From Calditrichia bacterium (GTDB lineage: Bacteria; Calditrichota; Calditrichia; JAJRVZ01), in NCBI GenBank assembly GCA_963765585.1, contig CAVXXB010000005.1, positions 182,402 through 246,401 of the forward strand: a stretch of 64,000 nucleotides of DNA. Direction: 5' to 3'. Of this stretch, positions 20,221-31,673 are shown in pieces. Made by a program: the position numbers and the translations under genes. The notes under the pieces were generated by a model. That model had not been told where the DNA came from. It saw only the letters and a program-made list of their open reading frames with translations, and made no database searches. The stretch's first letter is position 1. Each line of letters opens with the position of its first letter.

Positions 20221-22383
20221 CTACTTTTTTTTCGCGGCAATGATCACCAAAGGATCATCGGGACCGGTTTTTTTTATTTCCACATCCAGCAAGGCCATAA
20301 TTTGCGAGGACTGAACCAATCCTGTCATGTCAATGATTCGGGCTGAAGAAAGTAAAAACAGATCTGGAATCAGTGCACCCGCGTCCCCATAAACGGTTAG
20401 CTCGTCTAACATGGTGTTGATCTGACTTCCCGCCAATGACGCTGTAGTTTGAGCAACAGAAGCGTCACGCAACTGAAGTCGGATCACACCCTCCCGGTCG
20501 ATTACTCTGATTGGCTGTTCTTCAATGCTGAATAAACCAAAGAACCGTTTTCGGACTTTTTTTGCACAAATCACGGATAAAAATGTGGTTTTTGCAGGTA
20601 TCGCGAGTTGATCTATTCCGACATTCATCGATTTGTCGGCAATTTGCATTATTTGCTTGTCAGTTAAAGTTTGGATTTGAACATCTCTGGCGCGCATCTC
20701 ACTGGATCCGGTAGCGACAGCAATTACACGCTTGTTGCGATTATCAACTTCCACGCTTACTTCGATGCTTTCAGGTGCCGCTCCCATCGCCTGAACAGAG
20801 TCTGACGCCTCCTGACGGATTTTTAACAGGTCATTTTCAGTGGGATCTATAATGGTGCGCTCAACTGAGTCGCGAATAATGCCCAGGGCGGCTCCAATTG
20901 CCGATACTACTTCGGTATTCTCAGCAATCATATATTTGTAATCCAGGTACTCGGCAGCAAACGGAACTAATGCAGGCGCACCACCGCCACCACCAATAAA
21001 TTGTATCAAACCCGGATCCAGCTTATACTCACGGATCAACTGACGAATTGTTGGTTTAATTTTTTCGGCCGCAATTTGCATAATGCGTCGGGCCAGCTGG
21101 TCCGCCGCACGATCCAGAAGTTTGGCAAAAGCAGCAAAAAAGGAATCCACTGCTGCCTTGTGCGCTGATCCGTGGCCGCTTGATATGTCGTATCCCAGAA
21201 ATGTGGCCGCACCCGATGGAGTGATTGTCAATTTACTTCCGGGCCTTTTACTATTTTCTATATATAAATAATCCTGCGGATCACCGGGTACCGGCTGAAA
21301 AGTATGCAGTTCAATATCAGTCAAATCTGATTCTTCAGAAAAGGCAATGTATTCCAGGTTAGCAATATGTGCGCTACGCGGGCCAACATCAATAAGTTGA
21401 TTACCGTTAAGACGTGGAATAGATCCTCCGGCAATGCCCAATGTTCTAACATCCAGCGTTCTTAAAAATAGCCGGTTACCACCGATTTGCGCCGTTTTAA
21501 CCTGAGGTTTTCCATTTTTGATAACCGATATATCGGTAGATGTACCTCCAACTTCAATAAATATGCCATCTGAAATTTTCACATACATTAACGCGGCCGC
21601 CAGACCGGCCGCCGGTCCGGAAAGCATTGTCAGAATCGGGCGTTTGCGCATTTCATCAATATGCATTATGCCGCCATCAGAACGCATAATCATTAACGGT
21701 GCAGTTATGCCGCTTTCGCGCACCGATTTTTCGGTCATATCGGCAGTCTGTAACATTTTAGGCAGCATACTGGCATTAATCACAGCTGTCCGGGTCCGGA
21801 TACGCAGGCCGTACAGTTTTGATATTTCACTGGCCGCCGTTGCCAGAAACCCTTTATCCCGTGCAATATTTTTTACCATTATTTCATTTGAAGGATTATC
21901 CACGCCAAAAGCTTCGGACGCAACAATTACCTCCGCACCTTGCCCTGCCAGTTGATCAATCGCCGATGCAATATTCTCTTCATTTAAGTGCGTTGCGGTG
22001 TCGAGAAAGATGTGATTACAGGGTAAATATTTTGCCAGTGCCAGCTGAATGTTTTGTGGATTGGTCTCACGTGCAGCAATGCGGCCTTCTAATCCGGTTC
22101 CCATACCAATAACGCCTACCCTGGCAATATCCCCCTCTAATAATGCGTTGGTGGCCTGAGTAGTGGAGTGGGCTATCAGCACAATCTCATTTTTATTTAT
22201 TTTGCCCTGATCAAGTATATCATTCAGAGATTGTACAACGCCCAGGGCAACACCTTCCCGGGCAGTGTGTGTGGTCGGCACACAGGCTTTGCACAAAATC
22301 GAGTAATCTGCAATATCCACGGCAACAGCGTGCGTAAATGTGCCGCCGACATCAATGCCGACTTTTATTTTTCGAGTTTCCAA
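20221..22383 (-). CDS. Hydantoinase/oxoprolinase-family protein (HyuA-like, ASKHA fold)
   Basis: The N-terminal Hydant_A_N signature is [17 protein letters not shown]. The second nucleotide-binding block is [14 protein letters not shown], with ...[12 protein letters not shown]. The length is 720 aa. Confidence 0.7.
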   Translation of the reverse strand: METRKIKVGIDVGGTFTHAVAVDIADYSILCKACVPTTHTAREGVALGVVQSLNDILDQGKINKNEIVLIAHSTTQATNALLEGDIARVGVIGMGTGLEGRIAARETNPQNIQLALAKYLPCNHIFLDTATHLNEENIASAIDQLAGQGAEVIVASEAFGVDNPSNEIMVKNIARDKGFLATAASEISKLYGLRIRTRTAVINASMLPKMLQTADMTEKSVRESGITAPLMIMRSDGGIMHIDEMRKRPILTMLSGPAAGLAAALMYVKISDGIFIEVGGTSTDISVIKNGKPQVKTAQIGGNRLFLRTLDVRTLGIAGGSIPRLNGNQLIDVGPRSAHIANLEYIAFSEESDLTDIELHTFQPVPGDPQDYLYIENSKRPGSKLTITPSGAATFLGYDISSGHGSAHKAAVDSFFAAFAKLLDRAADQLARRIMQIAAEKIKPTIRQLIREYKLDPGLIQFIGGGGGAPALVPFAAEYLDYKYMIAENTEVVSAIGAALGIIRDSVERTIIDPTENDLLKIRQEASDSVQAMGAAPESIEVSVEVDNRNKRVIAVATGSSEMRARDVQIQTLTDKQIMQIADKSMNVGIDQLAIPAKTTFLSVICAKKVRKRFFGLFSIEEQPIRVIDREGVIRLQLRDASVAQTTASLAGSQINTMLDELTVYGDAGALIPDLFLLSSARIIDMTGLVQSSQIMALLDVEIKKTGPDDPLVIIAAKKK

Positions 22384-22442
22384 TTTTTCAGTTTTCTATA
22401 AAAAGATACATTTGGCGATATCAATCTTTTAAATCTTACACT

Positions 22443-23906
22443 TTAATAAAACATGGCAGCCGCAATCATTAACCCGAAAATTGCCGTTGCCCAGGTATAG
22501 GGAATTGTATTCCACAGTACCTTTTGTACATCTACTTGCATTTCATTGGCCAGCCACACATTATGTGTATTGGTCGGATCACTAATACCCTGAATCTGAC
22601 CAACTGCCATCAGGAGTCCCATAACGGCTCCCGGATTCATACCGCTGGCCAGAAATACGGCTGCCAAACCATAGCCCATTCCCCAAACGTTCAGCGGACC
22701 GCGGTACAGGGCCAAAGGTGCTAACAGACTAAATAATAGTACAAACATATATCCGTTAACCGGCATGATTTGCTTCATGATCGGCTGCAGTAAATTCAGC
22801 ACCGGCCAACCGCCTGGCCAGTCACCGGATGGTCCCATGATTGCATTAAGCAGCATGCCGATACCGAACATCAATACCACCGCCGGCATTACGACACCAC
22901 CACCCTCTAAAGCAGCTTGTATAAATGTATTTAATCCGCCTTTACGATAAGTCGCGAGGAACCCATAAAACAGGCCGCAGATGAAAGCGGCGATAAAATT
23001 CATATTGAAGAATAAGATTAATAGCAAGGGGATCACCGGAGAAAAATATGCGGTCCAGTAAATAGAATTTGTTCTGCTTTTTCGCCGCGCAAAGGCATGC
23101 CTGAGGCTAAGTAAAAATAGAAATAATATCGTTACTGCAGTAACCCATTTGATAGCCAGTATAGCGGCGTCAATCATCTCAGATATTTGCTTTAGCCACA
23201 GATCTGGTAAATTCATAATTGCGACAGTAATAATTGCAACCACAAAAATGAATCCTGAAAACAGATAAACAATGCGTTTAAAATTGATATCATGGCCATC
23301 GCGATAAATTTGAATCGTTACATATGACAGTGCGGTAATAAAGGTTAGTCCGAACATAGTGAGTGCAAAGGGACGAATCTGATCAACGGTTAATCCCATT
23401 ACATCAACATAGACTGCCCAGTTTCCGGCATTTAGAATTCCACCCATGCTCAGGCCAAATAAAAATATGCCTACGATCGTCAAAGACCCGATGCCGATGG
23501 AAGACATGATGGGCAGCACAATTGTGGCGACCATTATAATGGCACCCAGACCGCCAAGTGTGGTAAAGAGGACAGTTATCAAAGAGAGCATGATAATGGC
23601 AATCATGACCGGATTATCGCCAGCCAGCTCGGCACCCTTTTTTATAAAATTTTCTGCAACCCCTGTTTTTTGTAATAAGATGCTGAGCATGCTGCCGAAA
23701 ATGGCGACAGTATAAGCATTATGTAATTTGATTGCACCCTGTCCTATGACGTATTGAATGGTATCATTCAGTGGAACGCCGGCGCATAGCGGGATAAGAA
23801 ATGCCATAACAGGCAGGGCCAGCAGGGCCGGAATCAGCCGGAAGAACATGGCGGCCGCTGCAGCGAAGAATATGATCAGGAATAAGATGATCTGAAAATT
23901 TTCCAT
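22443..23906 (-). CDS. Permease of the ion-transporter (IT) superfamily, GntP-like
   Basis: It is 487 aa with 12 or more TM segments and a GntP-like hairpin organisation. The family call is approximate. Confidence 0.45.
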   Translation of the reverse strand: MENFQIILFLIIFFAAAAAMFFRLIPALLALPVMAFLIPLCAGVPLNDTIQYVIGQGAIKLHNAYTVAIFGSMLSILLQKTGVAENFIKKGAELAGDNPVMIAIIMLSLITVLFTTLGGLGAIIMVATIVLPIMSSIGIGSLTIVGIFLFGLSMGGILNAGNWAVYVDVMGLTVDQIRPFALTMFGLTFITALSYVTIQIYRDGHDINFKRIVYLFSGFIFVVAIITVAIMNLPDLWLKQISEMIDAAILAIKWVTAVTILFLFLLSLRHAFARRKSRTNSIYWTAYFSPVIPLLLILFFNMNFIAAFICGLFYGFLATYRKGGLNTFIQAALEGGGVVMPAVVLMFGIGMLLNAIMGPSGDWPGGWPVLNLLQPIMKQIMPVNGYMFVLLFSLLAPLALYRGPLNVWGMGYGLAAVFLASGMNPGAVMGLLMAVGQIQGISDPTNTHNVWLANEMQVDVQKVLWNTIPYTWATAIFGLMIAAAMFY

Positions 23907-24128
23907 AAATAAGCGGATCCCGGTCTCATAATTTTAATTTTATTTTATCAAATTTGGTTTTATATTTCAAATAAATTTGTTATTTAACTTAACTAACTTT
24001 CAAATAAAATGCAGGTTTTGCCTTCTTCCGGTAAATTATTATTACCCGTTGCCAACGGCTTTCTGCCCGCGGACGCATACAATTGACTAAAATTAAATTC
24101 TGCAACATTATGGGATACTCTGCTTAAA

Positions 24129-25325
24129 ATGATCCAAAAGGCCGACTCACAATTTATAAAACGTTTGAATGAAATACAGATATTGCGTTTGATTCGCAAT
24201 CTGGGACCGGTATCACGAATTGAACTGGCAAAAAAAACCAGAATGTCAAAAGTGGCGGTTTTTGAAATTGTCAACCGGCTGATTGACCAGCGCTATGTCA
24301 TAGATGTCGGAAAAGGAAAATCGACCAACCGCGGCGGTAAACGTCCCTCATTAGTCAAACTCGATGCCAGTCACCATTTTGTTATCGGAATTGAACTGCG
24401 GCGTAATAAAACCTTTATTGCCATTGCTGATCTTGAAGCAAATATTCTCAGGATAAAAAGTTTTAACTTTGATGTATCAAGCGATCCTTGTGCTAACATC
24501 CGTAAAATGTTTGCCCGCATTGAAGTTCTGTTGCAGGCAGAAAATGCTGAAATGGATCAATTGATCAGTATCGGCATCGGTTTACCCGGAGTCGTGGATT
24601 ATGAGAAGGGGACTTTGAGGTTTGCCGACACGTTGCCGGGGTGGGATAAAATCGAAATTCGCAAAATGTTTGCAGATAAATTCAATGTTCCGGTGACTAT
24701 TGAAAATGATGTCAATACGATTGCGCTGGGTGAAAGTATTCTAGGCGCTGGCAAGGATGTACGTGATATGCTCTGTCTCTGGATCGGTTCTGGGATTGGG
24801 GCCGGATTGATTATGGATAGAAAATTGATCAGTGGATATGGGGGGGCTACCGGAGAAATTGGATATTTGGAAGTGGGCCGGCATCCGGGCAGGGAAAAGA
24901 CGTTTAGATATTTTAAAAATCAATTTAAATATTTTGGTGACTTGCTGTCAGAATCAAATTTAGTCGAAATTATTACGCAAGAAATAAGCAAAAAAAGTGG
25001 TATCAATCCGGAAGTAAAATCCCTTTCCGCTTTGCTAAAGGCAAGAAAATTTAAAGAACTGATAAAGCCCATCCTTGATGAGTATGCATATTTTTTAGGT
25101 GTATTGTGTCTGGATATAATAAAAATAATCGATCCGGGTCTGATTGTTCTAAGTGGCACAGTGGTTGAAAACTCGGATTTTCTTGTTTCGCGGATCAGGG
25201 ATTTTATTAAGGAAAATACCCGCCGGATCCCACTGAAAACCGGTGAAATTACCGTGGGAACGCTAAAAGAGGAAGCGGGTCTTAGTGGAGCCATTGCCCT
25301 GGCACTACAGGTTGTCTTCGATTAG
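24129..25325 (+). CDS. ROK-family transcriptional regulator (NagC/XylR-like)
   Basis: The N-terminal wHTH reads ILRLIRNLGPVSRIELAKKTRMSKVAVFEIVNRL. The sugar-kinase-like domain reads GIELRRN...GIGLPGVVD...NDVNTIALGE. It is divergent from the permease/hydantoinase/HGSNAT/GHL10 operon. Confidence 0.85.
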   Translation: MIQKADSQFIKRLNEIQILRLIRNLGPVSRIELAKKTRMSKVAVFEIVNRLIDQRYVIDVGKGKSTNRGGKRPSLVKLDASHHFVIGIELRRNKTFIAIADLEANILRIKSFNFDVSSDPCANIRKMFARIEVLLQAENAEMDQLISIGIGLPGVVDYEKGTLRFADTLPGWDKIEIRKMFADKFNVPVTIENDVNTIALGESILGAGKDVRDMLCLWIGSGIGAGLIMDRKLISGYGGATGEIGYLEVGRHPGREKTFRYFKNQFKYFGDLLSESNLVEIITQEISKKSGINPEVKSLSALLKARKFKELIKPILDEYAYFLGVLCLDIIKIIDPGLIVLSGTVVENSDFLVSRIRDFIKENTRRIPLKTGEITVGTLKEEAGLSGAIALALQVVFD

Positions 25326-25351
25326 CAGTAACAAACTATCAGAAATAAATT

Positions 25352-25561
25352 ATGCACATCATTGACATAGTTATTGTTGCCGTCTATCTAATCTTAATGG
25401 CCGCGCCGTGGCAACTAACATTATTTTTAACTATGATGACAGTTATATTGCAAAACTGGCATACTCTTATCTATCTGCTGGTCATTTTACTGATTTTATC
25501 AGTCATTCTATATTATATGTGGTTCAGACATCTGGAGAAAGAAATTAAAGTTGCAAAGTAA
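25352..25561 (+). CDS. Small two-TM membrane protein (hypothetical)
   Basis: It is 69 aa and hydrophobic. It overlaps the start of the FAD oxidoreductase by 11 nt. Confidence 0.3.
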   Translation: MHIIDIVIVAVYLILMAAPWQLTLFLTMMTVILQNWHTLIYLLVILLILSVILYYMWFRHLEKEIKVAK

Positions 25562-27392
25562 AAAAAAATACAAGACAGAAGTATTGATCATCGGCGCAGG
25601 TGCTGCCGGTATATGCGCTGCGCTTCAGGCGGCCCGAATGGGTGTAAAAGTGATGCTGGTTGAAGAAACAGAATGGCTTGGCGGAATGCTCAGTGCCGCA
25701 GGGGTCAGCGCTATTGATGGCAATCATCAGCTGCCATCCGGATTGTGGGGTGAATTTCGTGATAAGCTCTATCAGCACTATGGCGGACCAAATGCGGTCG
25801 AGACCGGATGGGTAAGTAATACCTTGTTTGAGCCAAAAATTGCTAATCGTATTTTCCACGAAATGGTATTGGAAGTTGAAAATGTAGCCCTGATCAAAGG
25901 ATACTGGCCGGTTTCAGCACGAAAACAAAATGACGCCATAGTTGGTGCTGTGTTTACAAATGAAGCCGGTAATGAAATAAATATAAATGCAATCATAACC
26001 ATTGAGGCTACCGAATACGGTGATTTTTTACCTCTGGCTGGAGTAGAATATCGCATTGGAAGGGAAAGTCGCTCAGAAACCGATGAGGATTATGCTCCGG
26101 AAGAACCGGACCAGGCGGTACAGGATCTGACATATGTAGCGATTCTCAGAGATTATGGTTCAGATATACGCGGGCAATTCAATCAACCGAAGAATTATGA
26201 TCCTGAGGTTTTTAGAGGATGCTGCCAGGAGTGGGGCCTTGCCGGTCAGGAAAACATGTCTTCGGCGGCCAAAATGCTGGAATATGGAAGATTGCCCAGC
26301 GACCGGTTTATGATTAACTGGCCGATTAAAGGGAATGATTATGCGGGTGATTTGCTCAAATCGGACCGCACTCAGCGCCGGCAAATATTGCATCATGCGA
26401 AACAGAAAACATTAGCCTTTGTATATTTTATTCAAAATCAACTGGGATTCACTAACCTTGGATTGGATGAAAAACAATTCCCAACCGATGATCATTTGCC
26501 ATTAATCCCATATATTCGTGAGAGCCGCCGTATTAAGGGTAAATACACTTTGACAGTTTCAGATATTCTAAATCCATCAAAAAACTCAATTGACAGTGAT
26601 TATATAGCGGTTGGGAATTACCCGCTGGATCATCATCATTTGGATACAAATATCCTGACCAGTGAAAAGTATCCCGCTATCCCTGCTTTTGGTGTGCCAC
26701 TGGGCTGTTTAATTCCTGAAAATACAGATGGATTACTGGTGGCCGAAAAAAGTATTTCGGTGTCTCATATTGTCAATGGCTGCACGCGATTACAACCGGT
26801 GGTTATGCAAATCGGACAGGCAGCCGGAGCCGCTGCTGCCTTATGTATTCAATCCGGAAAGCAACCGGCAAATTTAGCAGTCCGCGATGTACAGAGACAA
26901 CTATTGGCTGACGGCATGTGGCTAATTCCATTTAGTGATATCACAGAAGATGATCCGGCGTTTGATGCCATGCAGCGCACAGTTGTTTGTGGATTGATTA
27001 AAGGAGAAGGCCGGCCCTCGGGCTGGGAAAATAAGTTCCTGATCCATCCCGGTCAGCATATGACCGAGCAGGATGTGTATGATGTGTTAAATTTGATCGG
27101 AGTAAAGAATTCCAACATAATAGCGTTAAAAGATAGTTTAGAAAAATGTCACTTGGATAAATTTCTGATCTTAATCTGGCAAGCGAAAGAAGGAGAGAGA
27201 TATACTGATAAAATTTCAAAGCCGGTTTTTGATAAGCATCTTCTATCTCAGGCGATTCATTATTTTTCTACCAATAATCTGATAGCGGACTGGATAAAAA
27301 CAGATGAGGCGTCCTTGCGGCAAGCGGTTAATCGCAAGACCGCGATGTATCTGGTAGATTCAGTATTTAATCCTTTTGAGAATCTGATGTAA
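25551..27392 (+). CDS. FAD-dependent oxidoreductase (PF12831-like)
   Basis: The GxGxxG dinucleotide fold is VLIIGAGAAGICAALQAARMGVKVMLVEE...GGM. The length is 613 aa. Confidence 0.75.
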   Translation: MQSKKKYKTEVLIIGAGAAGICAALQAARMGVKVMLVEETEWLGGMLSAAGVSAIDGNHQLPSGLWGEFRDKLYQHYGGPNAVETGWVSNTLFEPKIANRIFHEMVLEVENVALIKGYWPVSARKQNDAIVGAVFTNEAGNEININAIITIEATEYGDFLPLAGVEYRIGRESRSETDEDYAPEEPDQAVQDLTYVAILRDYGSDIRGQFNQPKNYDPEVFRGCCQEWGLAGQENMSSAAKMLEYGRLPSDRFMINWPIKGNDYAGDLLKSDRTQRRQILHHAKQKTLAFVYFIQNQLGFTNLGLDEKQFPTDDHLPLIPYIRESRRIKGKYTLTVSDILNPSKNSIDSDYIAVGNYPLDHHHLDTNILTSEKYPAIPAFGVPLGCLIPENTDGLLVAEKSISVSHIVNGCTRLQPVVMQIGQAAGAAAALCIQSGKQPANLAVRDVQRQLLADGMWLIPFSDITEDDPAFDAMQRTVVCGLIKGEGRPSGWENKFLIHPGQHMTEQDVYDVLNLIGVKNSNIIALKDSLEKCHLDKFLILIWQAKEGERYTDKISKPVFDKHLLSQAIHYFSTNNLIADWIKTDEASLRQAVNRKTAMYLVDSVFNPFENLM

Positions 27393-27417
27393 TGATGCTC
27401 TGTTAGAGACAAACAAC

Positions 27418-28572
27418 ATGAAACAGCTTATGTCCAAAATAGTTTTAATGTCGATGTTATTATTGATATCGTGTATCTACAGTCAAAACCGCGAGATTAG
27501 AGGTGTATGGTTAACAAATGTTGACAGTCGGGTATTGGAGAGTCGGGAGAGAATAAGTGAGGCTATGCAATTTTTAGCAGATCATAATTTTAATCTGGTT
27601 TGCCCTGTGGTCTGGAATAAAGGGTTGACTCAATACCGCAGCCAGGTGATGGATAGTTTATTCGCTATACCCATCGATCCGCTGTTTGATGAGCGGGATC
27701 CTCTCGCTGAGCTCATTGCTGAAGCACATAAACGAAATATAGCGGTGATAGCCTGGTTTGAATTTGGTTTTGCATCTTCATATGAAGATGGCGGTGGACA
27801 TCTGCTGGACAGGTTTCCGGAGTGGGCAGCCAGGGATATCGAGGGAAAATTACTGGAGAAAAATGGTTTTGAATGGATGAATGCCTATCATCCGGATGTA
27901 CAGAAATTTATTCTGAGTTTGATCAATGAAGTGGCAGAGAATTATGCGGTTGATGGGGTACAAGGCGATGATCGATTACCGGCACAACCGGTTCAGGGTG
28001 GATACTCGAAATATACTGTAAATTTGTATCAATCTCAGCACGGTGGAACTCATCCGCCAAAAGAATATACAGATCCGGACTGGATGCGCTGGCGTGGAGA
28101 CATTTTAAACCGATTTGCCGGTACCATTTACACGACAGTAAAAAATGTAAATCCCGACATTCTGGTCACCTGGGCGCCAAGTATTTTTCCCTGGTCCTTT
28201 GAAGAGTATCTTCAGGATTGGCCGGCCTGGCTGAATGAAGGTCATGCCGATCTGGTATTTCCGCAAAATTATCGTTATTCATTGAACGAATATAAAGCCG
28301 TCTGTGATGAGCAAAACCGGATTGCACACAGCCTTGATAAGGCTAGGGATAAGGTCTATTCAGGTGTATTGATCAATGTTGGAGACTACGTGATCTCAGA
28401 GGAATTATTAGTTTCCAGCATAATGCATAATCGGTATCAGGGAATTCATGGCGAAGTTTTCTTTTTTTACGAAGGTTTACGCAAGAATGATAATGCCCTG
28501 GCCCGGCTGCTTCTGGAAAATGTATACCAGGAAAGGGTTGAATTACCATTTATACCCCGATTCAGGAGATAA
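27418..28572 (+). CDS. GHL10-family (PF02638) lipoprotein, no CTD
   Basis: The lipoprotein signal peptide reads ...LLISC. The GHL10 core reads REIRGVWLTNVDS...EAHKRNIAVIAWFEFGF...YAVDGVQGDDRLP. Confidence 0.8.
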   Translation: MKQLMSKIVLMSMLLLISCIYSQNREIRGVWLTNVDSRVLESRERISEAMQFLADHNFNLVCPVVWNKGLTQYRSQVMDSLFAIPIDPLFDERDPLAELIAEAHKRNIAVIAWFEFGFASSYEDGGGHLLDRFPEWAARDIEGKLLEKNGFEWMNAYHPDVQKFILSLINEVAENYAVDGVQGDDRLPAQPVQGGYSKYTVNLYQSQHGGTHPPKEYTDPDWMRWRGDILNRFAGTIYTTVKNVNPDILVTWAPSIFPWSFEEYLQDWPAWLNEGHADLVFPQNYRYSLNEYKAVCDEQNRIAHSLDKARDKVYSGVLINVGDYVISEELLVSSIMHNRYQGIHGEVFFFYEGLRKNDNALARLLLENVYQERVELPFIPRFRR

Positions 28573-28691
28573 ATAATTAATATGAGACATCTGAAAAAGA
28601 GAATTAAATATTTAAAAAATGAATTGTTTTTTGCTGGTGTTTATATTTATATTAAGTTAGTTGACCTTAAGAACAAACAGGGATCAGCAGT

Positions 28692-31607
28692 TTGTATAAA
28701 TCTATCATTATCCTAATATTTTCAATAGTTTACTTCCATTTATCCTTAGGTGTAATCAATGCCCAGTCTACGGGCAAAATCGCCGGTTTTGTGAGCGATG
28801 ACCAGACCGGTGAACCACTGGTTGGAGTAAATGTGGTTGTCGTAGGTCAGTTTCTTGGTGCCGCGACTGATATTGACGGCCAGTATGTTATCCTGAATGT
28901 GCCGCCGGGCGAACATACCATTCAGTTTGAATATATTGGTTATCAAGGCAAAAATGTAACAGGTACACTGGTTAGGATTGACCGGACAACAGTGGTTGAT
29001 GCAGAGTTGTCAACCCAGACACTGGAACTGGATGATGTGGTGACCGTCACTGCGGAGCGACCGATTGTTGAGAATGATAAAACATTCTCATCGGTACATA
29101 TTGACGGTGCCGATGTAATGCCATTACCGGTGGAAGGTGTCAGAAATATTCTTGAATTATCCCCGGGAATCAATAAAAATGCAGATGGTACCATGAGTAT
29201 TCGTGGGGGCGGTCCGTATGAAATCAATTATAGTATTAATGGTATTACCAGTATGAATACCAACACCGGTGTGCCTGCATACGGCACTGGCAGCAAATCC
29301 GAAAACAGCTGGAAATATGACATCAATCCGCTGGCCATTTCTCAGATGGAAGTGATATCCGGTGGATTTAATGCCGAATACGGCAATGCCCAGTCCGGTG
29401 TTGTTAATGTGGTTACCAAAGATGGCGGACAGGATTTCAATGGTGCATTTTTCTTTGAATTCCGCCCGGCCGGGCAATATCACTGGGGAGACTACGTTTA
29501 CTCACAGAATCAGTTTGAATGGCAGAAGTGGGGAGATGTGGCCGCATGGTATCCATATTTTTTAAATGATTCTACGGGTATTGTCGATACCTCGGAAGCG
29601 AACCGCAATTATAATTTATGGAAGAAAAACCGAACGCCATCCGATGATAATATTTTTGGTGTGTATGATTACCGCAAACTAGCCTATACGCGATATTTGT
29701 TTAGTTTTGGTGGACCGCTTGGCCGTGATGGCCGGACATTAAATTTCTTCTTTAGTGGCGAGATAAAGAATACGCCTACGCGCCTACCTACCCGTGAAAA
29801 AATTCAGGAACTTACAAATTTATCTCTGGTACTTTCATTTAAACCCTCTGCCGAAAACAATTTTCGAATAACCGGATTGTATCAAAAGTACCTTTCCGGA
29901 ATGGGCTCCGGTTCAAATGATGTCCGTTGGGCAGGACTATGGGGGCAGGAAGGTGCCAAGCGAAAGTATACGCTTGTCTATGATTCGCCGCGTGAAGAAA
30001 CTGTTTTTGCCCAGAGTCTATCATATAAACATATTTTTTCTTCAATATCTTTTCTTGAGGCCACGCTTACACACCAAAGCGAAGTATTATTTGCCCTGCA
30101 AACACCGACACCGGCAACGGAAACCGATATTCAGGATCATCCGACCGATCTCGAAAATCGCCAGATTGAAAACAAAGGACCGTGGTTTGAAGACTACCGG
30201 CAATATTTTACCTGGTCCAGTTTGTATAATCAGGCGTCAGAGACAGAGTTCTACGAAGGGCGGGTCATCTTTACCGGACAATTATCAAAAACCAACCTGC
30301 TCAAGATTGGTGCCGAAGGTTATTTAATGGATCAAAATTATAATGCGTCATCTTCGTTATCCGTTTCGGCATTTATCTGGCGTACAGGATTTGCGACAAA
30401 TTATAAAGCCAAAACATGGTATGTCGGCTCATTTGTTCAGGATAAGCTTGAATTTGCCGGAATGGTGGGTAATTTTGGTTTACGTTTTGATGCCTATAAT
30501 TTTGGCGCGGATGCACCCGCTGATATATACAATGTCTTTTATCCGGCTGAAGGCAGTACAAGTTTTGGAATACCGGAATGGCAACCATCAGAAACATATA
30601 CCTCATTTTCACCACGTATTGGAATCTCATTTCCAATTGGTGACCGGACGGCATTCCGGTTGCAGTATGGACATTTCCGTTCCATGCCGATCATAAACCG
30701 GGCTCTGGATAATCAAACCAGTTTTGGTTGGGGAAGCTATGGTAATCCTAATCTCAAACCCAAACTAAGTATTAACTATGAAGTAGGGGTTCAGCAAAAT
30801 CTTTGGGGTACACATCAGCTGGATATTGTGACGTATTATAATGACCTGAAGGATCAGATATCCACCGTATATGTGCAGTCATCGACCGGTAAACGGCGCG
30901 GCGAGGGACTGGATTATACCTATATCAACTATAATAACCAGGGATACGGTACGTCCCGGGGAATTGAAGTCACTTTTGCCAATAAAACAGCTGATCGTCT
31001 GAAATACCGAATGAGTTATTCATACAGCCAAACCACTTTTGGCAATTATGGTACGTATGTTAATTTTCCGGAACTCAGTGAAACTCAGGAAGAACGATTT
31101 TCGTACTCTGCCAGTGATTTTCTGGCACCGGAAGATCGCAGTCACCGTTTCAATGCCACGTTTACTTATGCGATACCTGAGGGTGAAGGTCTAAGTATGA
31201 TGGGCTTGAGACCCTTCTCCAATTTCACAGCCAGCGTGATTTATCGTGTACAAAGCGGTGCTGCTTATTTCTTTTCACCCGAATATCAAACCAGTTTCCA
31301 GGTCGAGCCAAACCGACGTTACCCAATGGAATCGACAACCGATATACGTCTTGAAAAAGGATTCACAATTCTTGGCCTCAATTTTAAAGCCGGAATTCGG
31401 GTACTAAATTTATTTGATAATAAACATTTAACCCCGATTTATACCACTGAAGAACTGGAGCGCTGGGTATTACGCAGTGTCACATACGCCGATGCGGATT
31501 ATACCAGTACGGCAGATGCTAACCGCCCATTTAGATTATATAATTATTTTCAGACGTACCGGAATATTCCGCGCCAGGTATTCTTCTCATTAGGTTTTAC
31601 CTTTTAA
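28692..31607 (+). CDS. TonB-dependent outer-membrane receptor (CarboxypepD_reg-like N-domain, plug, beta-barrel); no adjacent SusD
   Basis: The N-domain reads GKIAGFVSDDQTGEPLVGVNVVVVG...GEHTIQFEYIGY. The plug reads ISGGFNAEYGNAQSGVVNVVTKDG. It ends with a C-terminal ...GFTF. Confidence 0.8.
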   Translation: MYKSIIILIFSIVYFHLSLGVINAQSTGKIAGFVSDDQTGEPLVGVNVVVVGQFLGAATDIDGQYVILNVPPGEHTIQFEYIGYQGKNVTGTLVRIDRTTVVDAELSTQTLELDDVVTVTAERPIVENDKTFSSVHIDGADVMPLPVEGVRNILELSPGINKNADGTMSIRGGGPYEINYSINGITSMNTNTGVPAYGTGSKSENSWKYDINPLAISQMEVISGGFNAEYGNAQSGVVNVVTKDGGQDFNGAFFFEFRPAGQYHWGDYVYSQNQFEWQKWGDVAAWYPYFLNDSTGIVDTSEANRNYNLWKKNRTPSDDNIFGVYDYRKLAYTRYLFSFGGPLGRDGRTLNFFFSGEIKNTPTRLPTREKIQELTNLSLVLSFKPSAENNFRITGLYQKYLSGMGSGSNDVRWAGLWGQEGAKRKYTLVYDSPREETVFAQSLSYKHIFSSISFLEATLTHQSEVLFALQTPTPATETDIQDHPTDLENRQIENKGPWFEDYRQYFTWSSLYNQASETEFYEGRVIFTGQLSKTNLLKIGAEGYLMDQNYNASSSLSVSAFIWRTGFATNYKAKTWYVGSFVQDKLEFAGMVGNFGLRFDAYNFGADAPADIYNVFYPAEGSTSFGIPEWQPSETYTSFSPRIGISFPIGDRTAFRLQYGHFRSMPIINRALDNQTSFGWGSYGNPNLKPKLSINYEVGVQQNLWGTHQLDIVTYYNDLKDQISTVYVQSSTGKRRGEGLDYTYINYNNQGYGTSRGIEVTFANKTADRLKYRMSYSYSQTTFGNYGTYVNFPELSETQEERFSYSASDFLAPEDRSHRFNATFTYAIPEGEGLSMMGLRPFSNFTASVIYRVQSGAAYFFSPEYQTSFQVEPNRRYPMESTTDIRLEKGFTILGLNFKAGIRVLNLFDNKHLTPIYTTEELERWVLRSVTYADADYTSTADANRPFRLYNYFQTYRNIPRQVFFSLGFTF

Positions 31608-31673
31608 ATGTGGCAATAATCTAACAGCGAAGGGCGTGAAGAAAATTAATTTCGGAATTTTGATTTTAGATTA

